A stretch of DNA of 48,290 bases from a virus. Taxonomy: Duplodnaviria; Caudoviricetes. The translations under genes were made by a program, and so were the position numbers. Within the stretch, counting starts at the first letter, position 1. Every line of letters begins with the position of its first letter. The DNA is taken from the IMG/VR virus record IMGVR_UViG_3300037601_000122, positions 1 to 48,290 of that record, one strand, 5' to 3'. A model generated the notes under the pieces. The model saw nothing but the letters and a program-made list of their open reading frames with translations. It made no database searches and had not been told where the DNA came from. This document shows, in pieces, positions 16,976 through 26,198 of the stretch.

Positions 16976-19344
16976 AGGGCGTCGGTTCTTTCCGCACCCG
17001 TTACCCAGTTGATCATCTTGGCGCCGTTGGCCGACCTCTGGACTCCATCTTCGTCAAACGAGACCAACGGAACACCTTCCGAGGTGTAGTAGACAAACTG
17101 CCCAGCCATCACGCCGATGCGGGTCGGCTGCTCTTCGTCTTCGGGAACGTCGATGAAGAATGTGGCCTGCCGATCTGTCCCATCCGTCGCAAAAGCCTGA
17201 ATGACGTAGCGAGCGGAAATGCCCTCAGGAGAAGCCGCAGTTTGCCAACGAATGTTGATCTCGGCCGTGCTTCCTCCCATGGCCGCACGCAGCGACTGGA
17301 TGGCCAATGCCATGGCGCTGTTCCCCTCAGGGTTCAGAGCCACCTCGATCACTTCATCAAAACTCGCGACCAAGTCGCCAATCTGCTTGCTGACAGATCG
17401 ATAGAGTGTGTCACGTTCCGTGAAGTTTTCCCGGTCGGATTCCTCCAGGAGCGTTCCGAGCTGCTTGAACTGCTCGATCAACTGACGGGGCTTGATACCC
17501 ATCTGGTCGAGCACGTCGCGGGCAATGGCACCAAGCTCGATCATGCTCGACGGCAGTTTGACGTTTGCGATGGTCACCGGCATCCATGCGCTTGCAACCA
17601 TCTCTCTGCCAGAGCCAGAGATGTACTCAAGCTGAACCTCAATGGCAGTGTTCGACAGCAACAGCGGGACGGGAACGCGAGCAGCGCCTAGCAGTAAGTC
17701 AGGCTTGGGGACAGGGATGGTGACCCGAGAGCCATCATCGTCGGGCAGCCGATACGTGATCCGCACGAAGGTGACATCGACTGCTACCGAAGCCGAGGAC
17801 CAGAATGCATCAAAAGCCAGTTCGCCCGGCACAGGAGCCACAGACGGCGCTGACACCTCCTGCGGTGCCGGCCGGTTGGTCACCACAGGCGCAAAGCTCA
17901 GCGGCTGTTCATCGGTCTCCGGATCCCAGTCATGGTCAGCAGGATCAATCTCCTGCAGGCCTAGGATCACATTGCCGAAGGGCTCGACCGTCCGGGCCGT
18001 GATCAGGAATAGCTTGGCCGAATAGTCGAACCGATCCGAAGTCCACGCCAGAACCTGCAATGGCCGGAACTGGGCGAACTCAGGCGGCAGGGCCACGACA
18101 TGAGTGCGAAAGCGCCTGCCTTCCTCGATGACGGCCTTGATGATCCGCTGCGCCTGAGTGCCAGAGAAGGTGGTGCCCAGGTCCAGGCCCTCGATCTGCT
18201 GGCGCCCGTCATCCTCGGCCTCAAAATCGCCGCGCAGGTATGGCGCGGTTTCCTTGTCCTCCCAGGCCTGGAGCGGCTCGCGATAGGTCGCCGTCGCGCC
18301 ATTGATGATGCCATCTAGGTTCGGGAACGGGATCGAGCCCAACGGCTCAGTCGCCAGCACATCAGCATCGCTGAACGCGCCATCGGCCTCATCAGGGACA
18401 CCGACCAGAGGATAGACCGTGCCATCGGCGCAATGCGTGATGCGGCCATTGCAGCCGATCAGCAGTTCCTTGATGACATCGCCGGGACGCTCATTGAGCG
18501 CGATGCGGCGACCGGCGCGGAAGCGCTTTTCGGAGCCGCCAGCGTCCAGGGTGATCGTCTCGTCGCATGCGTCCATCGCGGCCGCCCAGGCATCATATGG
18601 CAGTTCCGCAGCGGTCTTCTTGCCACCCCAGACATGAGCGCCATCGTAATAGATGCCGCGCTCAATGTTGTAGATGATGACCATGTTGTTGTCGGAGAAC
18701 GCCCAGGTGCTGGGATCGTCCCAACGCTGGGAGCCGCTGCCGCCGGCCGTCGTATCGAGGCGCGGGTCATAGAGCTTGATCCCCTGGAACTCGCCCACAA
18801 TCGACGGGATGCTGGTCCACTTCGTTTCATCCCACAGAGCCGTGGTGATGAGATACGGGACGCCGACACCCACCATGTCGGAAGTCCATGACCGATCGCC
18901 ATCCGAGCCGAACTTGCCGGTCAGGTAGGAGCTGGCCACCGTCTGGGTGCCGTCGAAGAACTCGGCCCAGAACACACCGGCTTTGTCGCCCGTCGCCGGA
19001 TAGCCCTGCGTGACATGCCCAGAGCCTGAGATCGGCTCTTCAACACCGTTGATGTAAATCTTCGTCAGGGCCGTAATCGGCAGGTCGCCAAAGGATCGGA
19101 CACTAGTCAGATAGGCGTTGGGCACCTCTCCGGCGCTGCCCCATGCGTTCTGGTATTCAAGCTTGCCCGCCTCGCCAACGGTGCCAACAAGGAAGTATTG
19201 TGGAACCTTGCCGCCGATCTGGGCGGAACCGCGCGTGCCGGTGCGGCGCTGCTGTTCTGTCTGCTGGGGGGCGAACGCCTGTTGCAGCAGCGTCGACGCG
19301 ACCGAAAGCAGGACGCCGACGATGATCTGAATAAGGAAGTTCAT
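16972..19344 (-). CDS. Central tail-tip / host-specificity protein
   Basis: 790 aa; GIKLYDPR.D.T.GGSG.QR.DDP.TW.FSDN and AAMDACDE motifs. Confidence 0.85.
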   Translation of the reverse strand: MNFLIQIIVGVLLSVASTLLQQAFAPQQTEQQRRTGTRGSAQIGGKVPQYFLVGTVGEAGKLEYQNAWGSAGEVPNAYLTSVRSFGDLPITALTKIYINGVEEPISGSGHVTQGYPATGDKAGVFWAEFFDGTQTVASSYLTGKFGSDGDRSWTSDMVGVGVPYLITTALWDETKWTSIPSIVGEFQGIKLYDPRLDTTAGGSGSQRWDDPSTWAFSDNNMVIIYNIERGIYYDGAHVWGGKKTAAELPYDAWAAAMDACDETITLDAGGSEKRFRAGRRIALNERPGDVIKELLIGCNGRITHCADGTVYPLVGVPDEADGAFSDADVLATEPLGSIPFPNLDGIINGATATYREPLQAWEDKETAPYLRGDFEAEDDGRQQIEGLDLGTTFSGTQAQRIIKAVIEEGRRFRTHVVALPPEFAQFRPLQVLAWTSDRFDYSAKLFLITARTVEPFGNVILGLQEIDPADHDWDPETDEQPLSFAPVVTNRPAPQEVSAPSVAPVPGELAFDAFWSSASVAVDVTFVRITYRLPDDDGSRVTIPVPKPDLLLGAARVPVPLLLSNTAIEVQLEYISGSGREMVASAWMPVTIANVKLPSSMIELGAIARDVLDQMGIKPRQLIEQFKQLGTLLEESDRENFTERDTLYRSVSKQIGDLVASFDEVIEVALNPEGNSAMALAIQSLRAAMGGSTAEINIRWQTAASPEGISARYVIQAFATDGTDRQATFFIDVPEDEEQPTRIGVMAGQFVYYTSEGVPLVSFDEDGVQRSANGAKMINWVTGAERTDAL

Positions 19345-19967
19345 TAGTCAGCCTTGTTCTGGCCCCACCATGTTTCCACGGTGGCAGCGCTATCACCCCA
19401 ACGGCGGAACCGGTCACCAGCGCGCCGCTTCTGCTGCTCGTCGGATTCCATCGCTGGATTGGTTTTCGTCAGATCGATCGCGCTGTTGACGACTTCGAGG
19501 GACAAGCCCCCTTCCCCACCCGCTGCGGCATCATCAACCGTGGCGCCGTCCACGCGGCCCGAAAACATCAGAGTCGGCGTGGACACCAGGTTCCAGGTTG
19601 CCGGATCGAAGAATGCGCGGTGCATCTCGACCCGGGCCACGCGAACATTGCTGCCATAGACCATGTCCATGGGGCTGCCAGCAGCCTGGCTGATATGGTC
19701 CATCCCGACGGAAATGGACCGGGCCTCGACCCCAATGGCATCCACGATGGCCGGGACATCGAGCAGAGTACCACCGCCAACCGCATCGCGGCTCACTGGC
19801 GTCGTTTCGCCAGCCGGGACGACGTTGATCGCGATATTGTCTTCACCGGTCCAGTAGACGAACTCTGCAGCAGACCCGCCGCTGGTCTTGCCCTTAACGG
19901 TCAGGATTTCGCGCAGGACGATCTGGCCGCTTTCGAGAGCGGCGACCGTATCGACATCATAGGACAT
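19344..19967 (-). CDS. Tail-tip (hub-type) protein
   Basis: Lies between the distal tail protein and the tail tip; F.G.VD and SD..Q.R..GD.F...WG C-terminal pattern. Confidence 0.7.
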   Translation of the reverse strand: MSYDVDTVAALESGQIVLREILTVKGKTSGGSAAEFVYWTGEDNIAINVVPAGETTPVSRDAVGGGTLLDVPAIVDAIGVEARSISVGMDHISQAAGSPMDMVYGSNVRVARVEMHRAFFDPATWNLVSTPTLMFSGRVDGATVDDAAAGGEGGLSLEVVNSAIDLTKTNPAMESDEQQKRRAGDRFRRWGDSAATVETWWGQNKAD

Positions 19968-19970
19968 GGA

Positions 19971-20618
19971 TCACGCCGAATAGGTTTGCTCTGCCGAGAG
20001 CTTGAAGGTCGAATGCACTGGGCTAATGCTGGACGGATAGGCGGAGCCCGGAACCAGGCGGAACTTCGCAACAGGCTTCTTTAGGTTCACATCGGGCGTG
20101 CCGCTGATGCCTGCTGGGAGAGGTGGCCAGATTTCAACTGCTGAAACCGCACCAGAGCCATTGGCGGTGCGGGCTTCGCAGAACTGGCCGAGATAGTAGC
20201 GCGAAGTGTCGAACACGATGCCGAAATAGGTGCCCAGTGGCACAACATAGTCAGCCGGGAAACCGGTGAAGGCCACATGAAGCCGATCGGTGATCGTGCC
20301 CAGTTTTGGAACCGTCGAGCCCATGATCGAACCATCCGGGTCACTGCTCGGATAGGGCATCTTCGTGTTGTAGAGCAGAAAGGTCTTGAGCCCTCCTGCT
20401 CTTGAGTTGGCCAAAGCCATCAACGCCTCGGCTTCGGCGTGATCCATCGGCGGCGTCGTCAGTTCAGCAGTCCAGAGCGACGGCGCCCGGTCGCCATAGC
20501 GGGTTTCCCCGCCCCCAGTTGCCGAGCGCTGTTGCTGCCAGCCCTGCATAAACGTCAAACTGGAAACCCGGATCAAATCCGCAAAGGACGCAATGGGGAG
20601 GTTATCAGCCAGCGCCAT
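19971..20618 (-). CDS. Distal tail protein (Dit-like)
   Basis: Directly follows the tape measure gene; GG.....R.P.LW.A and YP..DP.G patterns. Confidence 0.7.
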   Translation of the reverse strand: MALADNLPIASFADLIRVSSLTFMQGWQQQRSATGGGETRYGDRAPSLWTAELTTPPMDHAEAEALMALANSRAGGLKTFLLYNTKMPYPSSDPDGSIMGSTVPKLGTITDRLHVAFTGFPADYVVPLGTYFGIVFDTSRYYLGQFCEARTANGSGAVSAVEIWPPLPAGISGTPDVNLKKPVAKFRLVPGSAYPSSISPVHSTFKLSAEQTYSA

Positions 20619-22441
20619 TACGAAGACCTCCGCATGGGATTTCTCTGGTATCGCTCCATGGCCGCGGGGAAATGGCGGTTAAGCTCAGCAAGAAATCCCC
20701 TTGCGCCGGCCGCCCCCTCCTTTTCGGAGTTTGCATTGACCGTAACGCTCTCGATGGTAATGCCGCCACCTAGCGCTTCGTTCGGGATGACCTGAGAGCC
20801 GCGCGGCAAGTTCACCAGCTCCGGCCCACGTTCTCCGACCATGGCAAGACCGCCAGGCGCGAAGTTTGTGCCATTGGCAAATCCGGGAATGCCGTTGAAA
20901 CCGAGCTTCAACCCGCCGCCACCAAACATCCCGCCGAAGATGTTCCCCAGGCCTCCGCCGCCGCCGAAGATACCACCCACCAAAGCCTGAAAGCCTTGGT
21001 TGATAAGCATCTGGCCGAGAGACTTGAGCAGATCGCCAACGGCCTGGACCGCAGTCTTTGAGCCATCCACCACGCTACTGAATACATCGGCCAACCCTGA
21101 GGAAAGAGTCGTGGCCAGCTGATTGCCTGAAATCTCCGCCTGCTGAAACGCATCCTGCGCCTGCATGACGGCCCGATTATAGGTGTCCTGATCGATGGCG
21201 CCCTGCTGCAGCAGTTTGTTCAGACGTTCGAGCTCGATCTTGTAGGCTTCTGCCGGTGTGCGAGTAGCTGTGAACACAGCCTGGCCATCAGCCATGGCCC
21301 GCTTGAGGGCGTCGACGCCAGACTTTGCGCCAGCAGCTCCAGTCTGTATGGTCTCGAATGTCTCCTCGAGACCGGATCCGAAAGGCTCTGTTGTGGGCGC
21401 ATTGGAAGGTTGCTGGTAAATTCCTCGATAAAGGCTCCCAACATCAACACCAGTATTCCCGGCATTTAGTTGCTCGGTCAGCCGCTTCCGGGCATCGATG
21501 GTGCCCTTCATGGTGTCCCATTGGCTCGGCTCCATCTTGTTGCCGAACATGTCATGGGTACTCGCCCAGGCCATTGCCTCGCGCAGACTATTGAACGCGC
21601 CAACGACTGCATTGACCGCCTCAACGGCCAGCGCCATGCCGTCCACGATTGCCGTGCTGATTTGTTGAGCGTTTGCCGCAAACTCCGGACTGGCCAGAAG
21701 ATCGCCGAGCCGATTGAGAGACGGCAGAACCGCCTCCATGATCTTGTTGACGACGCCCCCCATCACAGTTTGAACCCGGGTCAGGCTATCGTTGAACTGC
21801 TCGGCGGCGCGACCAGTATTGGTGCTGATGGTGTTGCCGAGCTGGTCGCTTTCAGCGGCCATATCTGCCAGGCCCTGCTTGCCCGAATTGAGCAGCGGGA
21901 TCATATCCGCACCAGCGCGCCCCAGTAACTGCATTGCCAACGCGGTCTTTTCCGCACTGTCCGGCATCCGGCTAAACCGGTCGGCAATTTCGGCAAACAC
22001 CTCATCGGAGGAACGGAGCTTGCCCTCGGTATCGACCACCGCAATGCCTAGGGCGTCGAAGGCGGTCTTGGCCTGGGCCCCTACCCCATTCGACACGTCC
22101 AACATATTGCGGGAAAGACGCTGAAGGCCGGTAGATAGCTGGCTTAGGCTAACGTCGGAAAGCTTCGCCGCCCATTCGAGACGGGACAGCGCCTCTGTCG
22201 TGGTGCCGATGCGCTGAGCGGTCTTGCTCAGGTCGTCGGCACGATCGATGGCACCCTTCACCGCGACGGACAGCGCCGCGCCAGCAGCCGTTGCAGCAGC
22301 CGCCACAACTGCAAAGCCAATCTTGGCCGCCTTGCTGAACTTGGACAGTCCGCTGCTGGCCTTGGCCAAGCCAGTACTGAACTCTGCCGAATCCAGCCCG
22401 AGCATCACATGCAGGGCGCCAATTCTCGCGGCTCCGGCCAT
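20618..22441 (-). CDS. Tail tape measure protein
   Basis: IGAL.V.LGLDSA.F N-terminus, Ala-rich helical body, C-terminal GFANG..FAPGGLA.VGERGPELVNLPRGSQVIPN. Confidence 0.92.
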   Translation of the reverse strand: MAGAARIGALHVMLGLDSAEFSTGLAKASSGLSKFSKAAKIGFAVVAAAATAAGAALSVAVKGAIDRADDLSKTAQRIGTTTEALSRLEWAAKLSDVSLSQLSTGLQRLSRNMLDVSNGVGAQAKTAFDALGIAVVDTEGKLRSSDEVFAEIADRFSRMPDSAEKTALAMQLLGRAGADMIPLLNSGKQGLADMAAESDQLGNTISTNTGRAAEQFNDSLTRVQTVMGGVVNKIMEAVLPSLNRLGDLLASPEFAANAQQISTAIVDGMALAVEAVNAVVGAFNSLREAMAWASTHDMFGNKMEPSQWDTMKGTIDARKRLTEQLNAGNTGVDVGSLYRGIYQQPSNAPTTEPFGSGLEETFETIQTGAAGAKSGVDALKRAMADGQAVFTATRTPAEAYKIELERLNKLLQQGAIDQDTYNRAVMQAQDAFQQAEISGNQLATTLSSGLADVFSSVVDGSKTAVQAVGDLLKSLGQMLINQGFQALVGGIFGGGGGLGNIFGGMFGGGGLKLGFNGIPGFANGTNFAPGGLAMVGERGPELVNLPRGSQVIPNEALGGGITIESVTVNANSEKEGAAGARGFLAELNRHFPAAMERYQRNPMRRSS

Positions 22442-22444
22442 GGC

Positions 22445-23094
22445 CTACCTCGTCGTTGCTGCTGTCCACTGGCGCGCGATCGCGAGCTGTTCTTCCCAAG
22501 GCTGTCGCCGGCGCTTGGCCGGGGCATCCTTGATCAGTAGCTTTTCCAGTTTCGGGGGCTTCTTCATGAGAGGGATGACCGCCGTGTAATAGGCTTGCGT
22601 CATCCGCTCGTTGTGTTCGCGGTTCATCCGCTTGCTGGACGCCTTGAACCGCTCATTGAGCTGTCGAGGGGTCAGGCTCCAGAAGCCGTCCGGGTCGTAG
22701 TGGCCCAGCGCGGCATACTCGATGCTTAGGCTTTGCCAGTCCCAGCCCGACTGGCCTTCCGAGGGTTTCGCTTGCGCCCGCCCTCATTGCTCGGGAATGC
22801 TGCCTGAAGAGCTTCGCCGACAGCGCCCATGATGGCAGGGAACCCGGCCTCGGCCATGATTTCGCCGGCGTCTTCCAATGCGGTGCCCTTGTGGTGCCCC
22901 TGGAGCGCAGCCCAAAAGGCCGCGCGCCATACCCACAGCTTGGGATTGTCGCCGTCACTGAGAATGGCGGAGATCTCGTTCACGCCCTTGTCGAGCAGGG
23001 TTTCAAGCTGGGCAATCTCGTTGATGGACATGCGCAGAACATAGGTGCGCTCACCAACAACGAGATCAACTTCGCCACGATGTGGATTGGCCAT
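22445..23094 (-). CDS. Tail assembly chaperone G (22726-23094) and -1 frameshifted GT product (to 22445)
   Basis: MANPHRGEV chaperone with slippery A-AAC-CCT at 22768-22762. The -1 frame is open and reads WDW..DPDGFWSLTPRQL... into the 22445-22627 ORF. Confidence 0.85.
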
Positions 23095-23097
23095 GAT

Positions 23098-23793
23098 TTA
23101 CTCCGCCAGGACCGCAACAGTTTCAGGGCTAGTGGCCTGAGCCGATCCCTCACTGTTTGTGGCCGTGATGGTGACGGTGAGATTGTCCCCAACGTCGCCC
23201 ACGACCGGCACATAGGTCTGGCCGGTGGCGCCGGAGATCGGGGCTCCCTCGTTGTTCCACTGATAGGTGAACGCGGGCCCGCCGCTCCACTGGCCAGGAT
23301 ATGCGGTGAGCGTTTCGCCCTGCTGGACAGTGCCGGAAATGGCGGGCCCAACAATAACGGCAGGAATGGCAGCAGCCTCGACAACCGTAGAGCCGGTCAC
23401 CTTGAAGGTCACCTCGGCAGTCATTTTGTCATCGGCGGGCACGGCCGGATTGTAGCCGGTCAAGAACCCATCGAATTTCCACACCGAAGCGTTGGGATAG
23501 GTGATGCGGCAAATGACGCGCTCGCCCGTCGCTCGGATCTCGCGAATGGTCGTGTCCGCAGCGGATCCGGGAACGAAGTTCTGGCTGAACGACGCATCGC
23601 CCGGATCGGTCAGGCCAGCGATGAATTCGCGGGTCCGGTTGGGGCTGGCCATGTGGGTGGCGTCGATGACATCGATCGCCGCGCTCGGCGGCGTGATGTC
23701 GAATACTTCGCCCAGGGAAAGCCAGGTGTCGCCGTCGTCACGCGAAATGTCGAACAGCGAGCCGTAGCCAATGGATGCCTCGGTGGCGGCCAT
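23098..23793 (-). CDS. Major tail tube protein with C-terminal Ig-like domain
   Basis: EV.DITPP....D.IDATH..SP...REFI.GL.DPG; C-terminal P.ISG..Q.GETLT..G.W...FTYQW. Confidence 0.9.
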   Translation of the reverse strand: MAATEASIGYGSLFDISRDDGDTWLSLGEVFDITPPSAAIDVIDATHMASPNRTREFIAGLTDPGDASFSQNFVPGSAADTTIREIRATGERVICRITYPNASVWKFDGFLTGYNPAVPADDKMTAEVTFKVTGSTVVEAAAIPAVIVGPAISGTVQQGETLTAYPGQWSGGPAFTYQWNNEGAPISGATGQTYVPVVGDVGDNLTVTITATNSEGSAQATSPETVAVLAE

Positions 23794-23815
23794 GGTTCAT
23801 TCTCCAGTGATGTCA

Positions 23816-23852
23816 AGAAAAGCGCCCGCCCACGGCGCGGAGGATGGGCGCT
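23816..23852 (-). terminator. Hairpin/terminator upstream of the tail tube gene
   Basis: AGCGCCC...GGGCGCT stem followed by TTTCTT on the minus strand. Confidence 0.45.
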
Positions 23853-23855
23853 AGA

Positions 23856-24251
23856 TCAGGACGCGAGGCCCCAATGAATTATGAAGTCTCGGCTGTCCGT
23901 AAACCAGGAGTGGCTATCGACCTTGCCGAAACTGGTCCGCTGGTTCACCTGGAAGCAGCCTTGAAACTGGTAGCCCTGATAGACGCCGCGGAAGCCCGAA
24001 AGGCGGTCGCACAGAGCCTCGGCAATCGCCCTGGCCTTAGCCGCCGTGCCATCACGGCAATCAAACTGGACCCGAGACAGGTGCAGACCGGAGGCGCCCT
24101 GCATGTGATAGTCGGGAATGCCGGTGACCAACGTCATGGCAATTTGCCCCAACGGCTGACCTTGGGGCAGCGTATCCCACTGGACGCGGTTGCCAACCAG
24201 GGCAGCGAGCGGAGAATACGCCAGCAATAGACCGGCAAGCTTGGTCTGCAT
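23856..24251 (-). CDS. Tail terminator (DUF3168-like)
   Basis: L.ALVG.RV....PQG and RVQFDC; position in the neck module. Confidence 0.8.
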   Translation of the reverse strand: MQTKLAGLLLAYSPLAALVGNRVQWDTLPQGQPLGQIAMTLVTGIPDYHMQGASGLHLSRVQFDCRDGTAAKARAIAEALCDRLSGFRGVYQGYQFQGCFQVNQRTSFGKVDSHSWFTDSRDFIIHWGLAS

Positions 24252-24688
24252 TATTTCGCCCTCGCCGCTTTCCGTGCTGCTGCCTTGGCACCTTTTTCAA
24301 TGCCTACCCAGAGCTCATCACCAATGCGCTTCAGAACGTCGTCTTTCGTCTCGTCAAAGGCCGGCCGGGCAAACGGCTGAGGTGGATGGTTCTCATTGCC
24401 GAATTCCTGCTGGACCGCCGCCGGCCGTGCATCGGGCCCTACATAGCGCTCCTGCTCTGCAACCTTCCGGTGCGTCTTCTTCACCGATGGGGCCAGGACG
24501 CCAGACACATCAATGCTTTCCCGAAGCCCACCTTCATCGACGGGGGCCTTCGAGCGCATCGACTTCGCCATGATCTCTCCGGCCTCGTCCAATGCCTTGC
24601 GGCCAATGCTGCGGCGCTTGGTTGGCGTGAACTGCGACAGCGCCGCATCGAGTTGGCGACCGCCGACGAAGTCGACTTTCACCTTCAT
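24251..24688 (-). CDS. HK97 gp10-like tail completion protein
   Basis: APVD.G.LR.SI and EFG....PQPF.RPAFD motifs. Confidence 0.88.
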   Translation of the reverse strand: MKVKVDFVGGRQLDAALSQFTPTKRRSIGRKALDEAGEIMAKSMRSKAPVDEGGLRESIDVSGVLAPSVKKTHRKVAEQERYVGPDARPAAVQQEFGNENHPPQPFARPAFDETKDDVLKRIGDELWVGIEKGAKAAARKAARAK

Positions 24689-25017
24689 GTGTCGGCACGC
24701 CGCGAGGCGTCGATGCGGAGACCTTCCCGCCTGCTTATTTCAGCTACAGCGGCAATGTCATACACCTGTCCCTGATACTGCAGCCGGTCCTTGGGATTGA
24801 TGGTCGAAACAGAAGTTGACCAGCGCACCTCAAACACATCGGTTGCTGTTGCATTGACCTCGGCACTGGCCAGAGTTTCCCGAGCAGATGCCCGGCGCCA
24901 AGATGCCCAGACAGGAGAAGCATCCGGCGTCCATGCCTCTACTGGTTCATTGTCTGAATTGTAGGTCAGGCTGTAGCGCAGGAAGGTGATGCGCCGGTCG
25001 AGCTTGCCCGCTTCCAT
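24685..25017 (-). CDS. Head closure (head-tail adaptor) protein
   Basis: MEAGKLDRRITF, WA, YDI.AV.E..RREGL.I motifs. Confidence 0.88.
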   Translation of the reverse strand: MEAGKLDRRITFLRYSLTYNSDNEPVEAWTPDASPVWASWRRASARETLASAEVNATATDVFEVRWSTSVSTINPKDRLQYQGQVYDIAAVAEISRREGLRIDASRRADT

Positions 25018-25637
25018 CAGAACAGCACCCGGCGATACGGCGCCACCAGCGCGTCAATTGCGCCCATCGGGATGGGGCCCGCCTCCTTGCCCAGCCGGAA
25101 TGCATCATACATCAGCCGAACATGGATAAGGATTGCAGCCTTGATCGCTGGAGGGACATTGCTAATCGCAGGCACAGCAGGCGTTTCACCGTCTTCTGGC
25201 ACTGCTGGCGTCGTGGCGTAGCCAGCAAGATAGGTCACCGATACCGGCTTGGTTTCGTTCAGGTCAGAGGGGACAGTGAAGTCTGATTTGAATTCAACGT
25301 AGGGGCCCAGATCATCAACCAGGAGCGTGTAGTCATTGCTCGACACAGTTGAGATTTGGCCTGCGGCATTGCGCGAAGTGATGCTGGTAATGGAGATCAC
25401 CGGGGCCAGCGCGATCCGAAAGCATTCAGCAAACCCGTCGAAGTCCTGGCGCCACGTCTGCTCGACCAACGCCCGACCTAGAATGCCAGTCCAACCATCA
25501 AGGTGATCGACAGCCGCAGCAATGAACCCCGTGATCATGTCGTCATGCTCGTTGTGGTCGACGGCAAGCTGAACTTTCGCCTCGGCAAGAGACACCGGCG
25601 TCATATCGGGAGCAGTGACCAGGACAGGACGGTGCAT
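25017..25637 (-). CDS. Head-tail connector (gp6-like)
   Basis: PVSL.EAK.QL.VD, I.AA...LDG..GILGR.LV.QTW, VP.AIK.AIL and L.APYRR motifs. Confidence 0.88.
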   Translation of the reverse strand: MHRPVLVTAPDMTPVSLAEAKVQLAVDHNEHDDMITGFIAAAVDHLDGWTGILGRALVEQTWRQDFDGFAECFRIALAPVISITSITSRNAAGQISTVSSNDYTLLVDDLGPYVEFKSDFTVPSDLNETKPVSVTYLAGYATTPAVPEDGETPAVPAISNVPPAIKAAILIHVRLMYDAFRLGKEAGPIPMGAIDALVAPYRRVLF

Positions 25638-25656
25638 ATCTCGCTCCAAATCGTGA

Positions 25657-25684
25657 AATGGCCGGGCTTCTTCGCCCGGCCATT
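25657..25684 (-). terminator. Hairpin after the head genes
   Basis: AATGGCCGGGC-N6-GCCCGGCCATT, a perfect 11-bp stem. Confidence 0.55.
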
Positions 25685-25704
25685 GAGGTTGTAAGACGTC
25701 GGCC

Positions 25705-26139
25705 TTAGTTGGCGACGAACGCGGAATCCGACACGGTAGCGCCCTGCACCGCCGGCTTCTGGCGCGGGGTCAGGAGAGCGATGACGGCGCCATAGGCAAT
25801 GTTCGCAGTGGCCGATGTCCGAACCGCCTGCACATACCGCTTGGCGGGGTGGTAGACTTCCGAGATCAGCGCGGTGTCATTGACGTCGTCATTGACGGCA
25901 CAAGTAACAGTCGCGGCGGAGTCGGTGACGGCGGCCATACCGCTGTCGCTATCGGCGTCGTTTTCCTCAATGGTGAGGGTGGCAACACCGGTTGCAACGC
26001 TGTCGGCGATGGGTGCGATGAACTGGACCGATTCATATTCGGCCATGTCGATGCGCGAAGAGTTGTTGTCGATGGTGGAACCGGCCGCAACCGGCGAACC
26101 CACCACGCGGACCTCAACATTATTCAGAAGACCGTGCAT
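25705..26139 (-). CDS. Capsid-associated protein (possible decoration protein)
   Basis: AAGGA RBS, directly after the major capsid gene; ID...YE and KRYV.A patterns. Confidence 0.65.
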   Translation of the reverse strand: MHGLLNNVEVRVVGSPVAAGSTIDNNSSRIDMAEYESVQFIAPIADSVATGVATLTIEENDADSDSGMAAVTDSAATVTCAVNDDVNDTALISEVYHPAKRYVQAVRTSATANIAYGAVIALLTPRQKPAVQGATVSDSAFVAN

Positions 26140-26169
26140 GGTCTTATCCTTTCAGATCAATGGAGGGAG

Positions 26170-26190
26170 AAAGGCGGGCCGAAGCCCGCC
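26170..26190 (-). terminator. cUUCGg hairpin/terminator after the major capsid gene
   Basis: GGCGGGC-TTCG-GCCCGCC followed by TTT on the minus strand. Confidence 0.55.
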
Positions 26191-26198
26191 CGGCCGGA

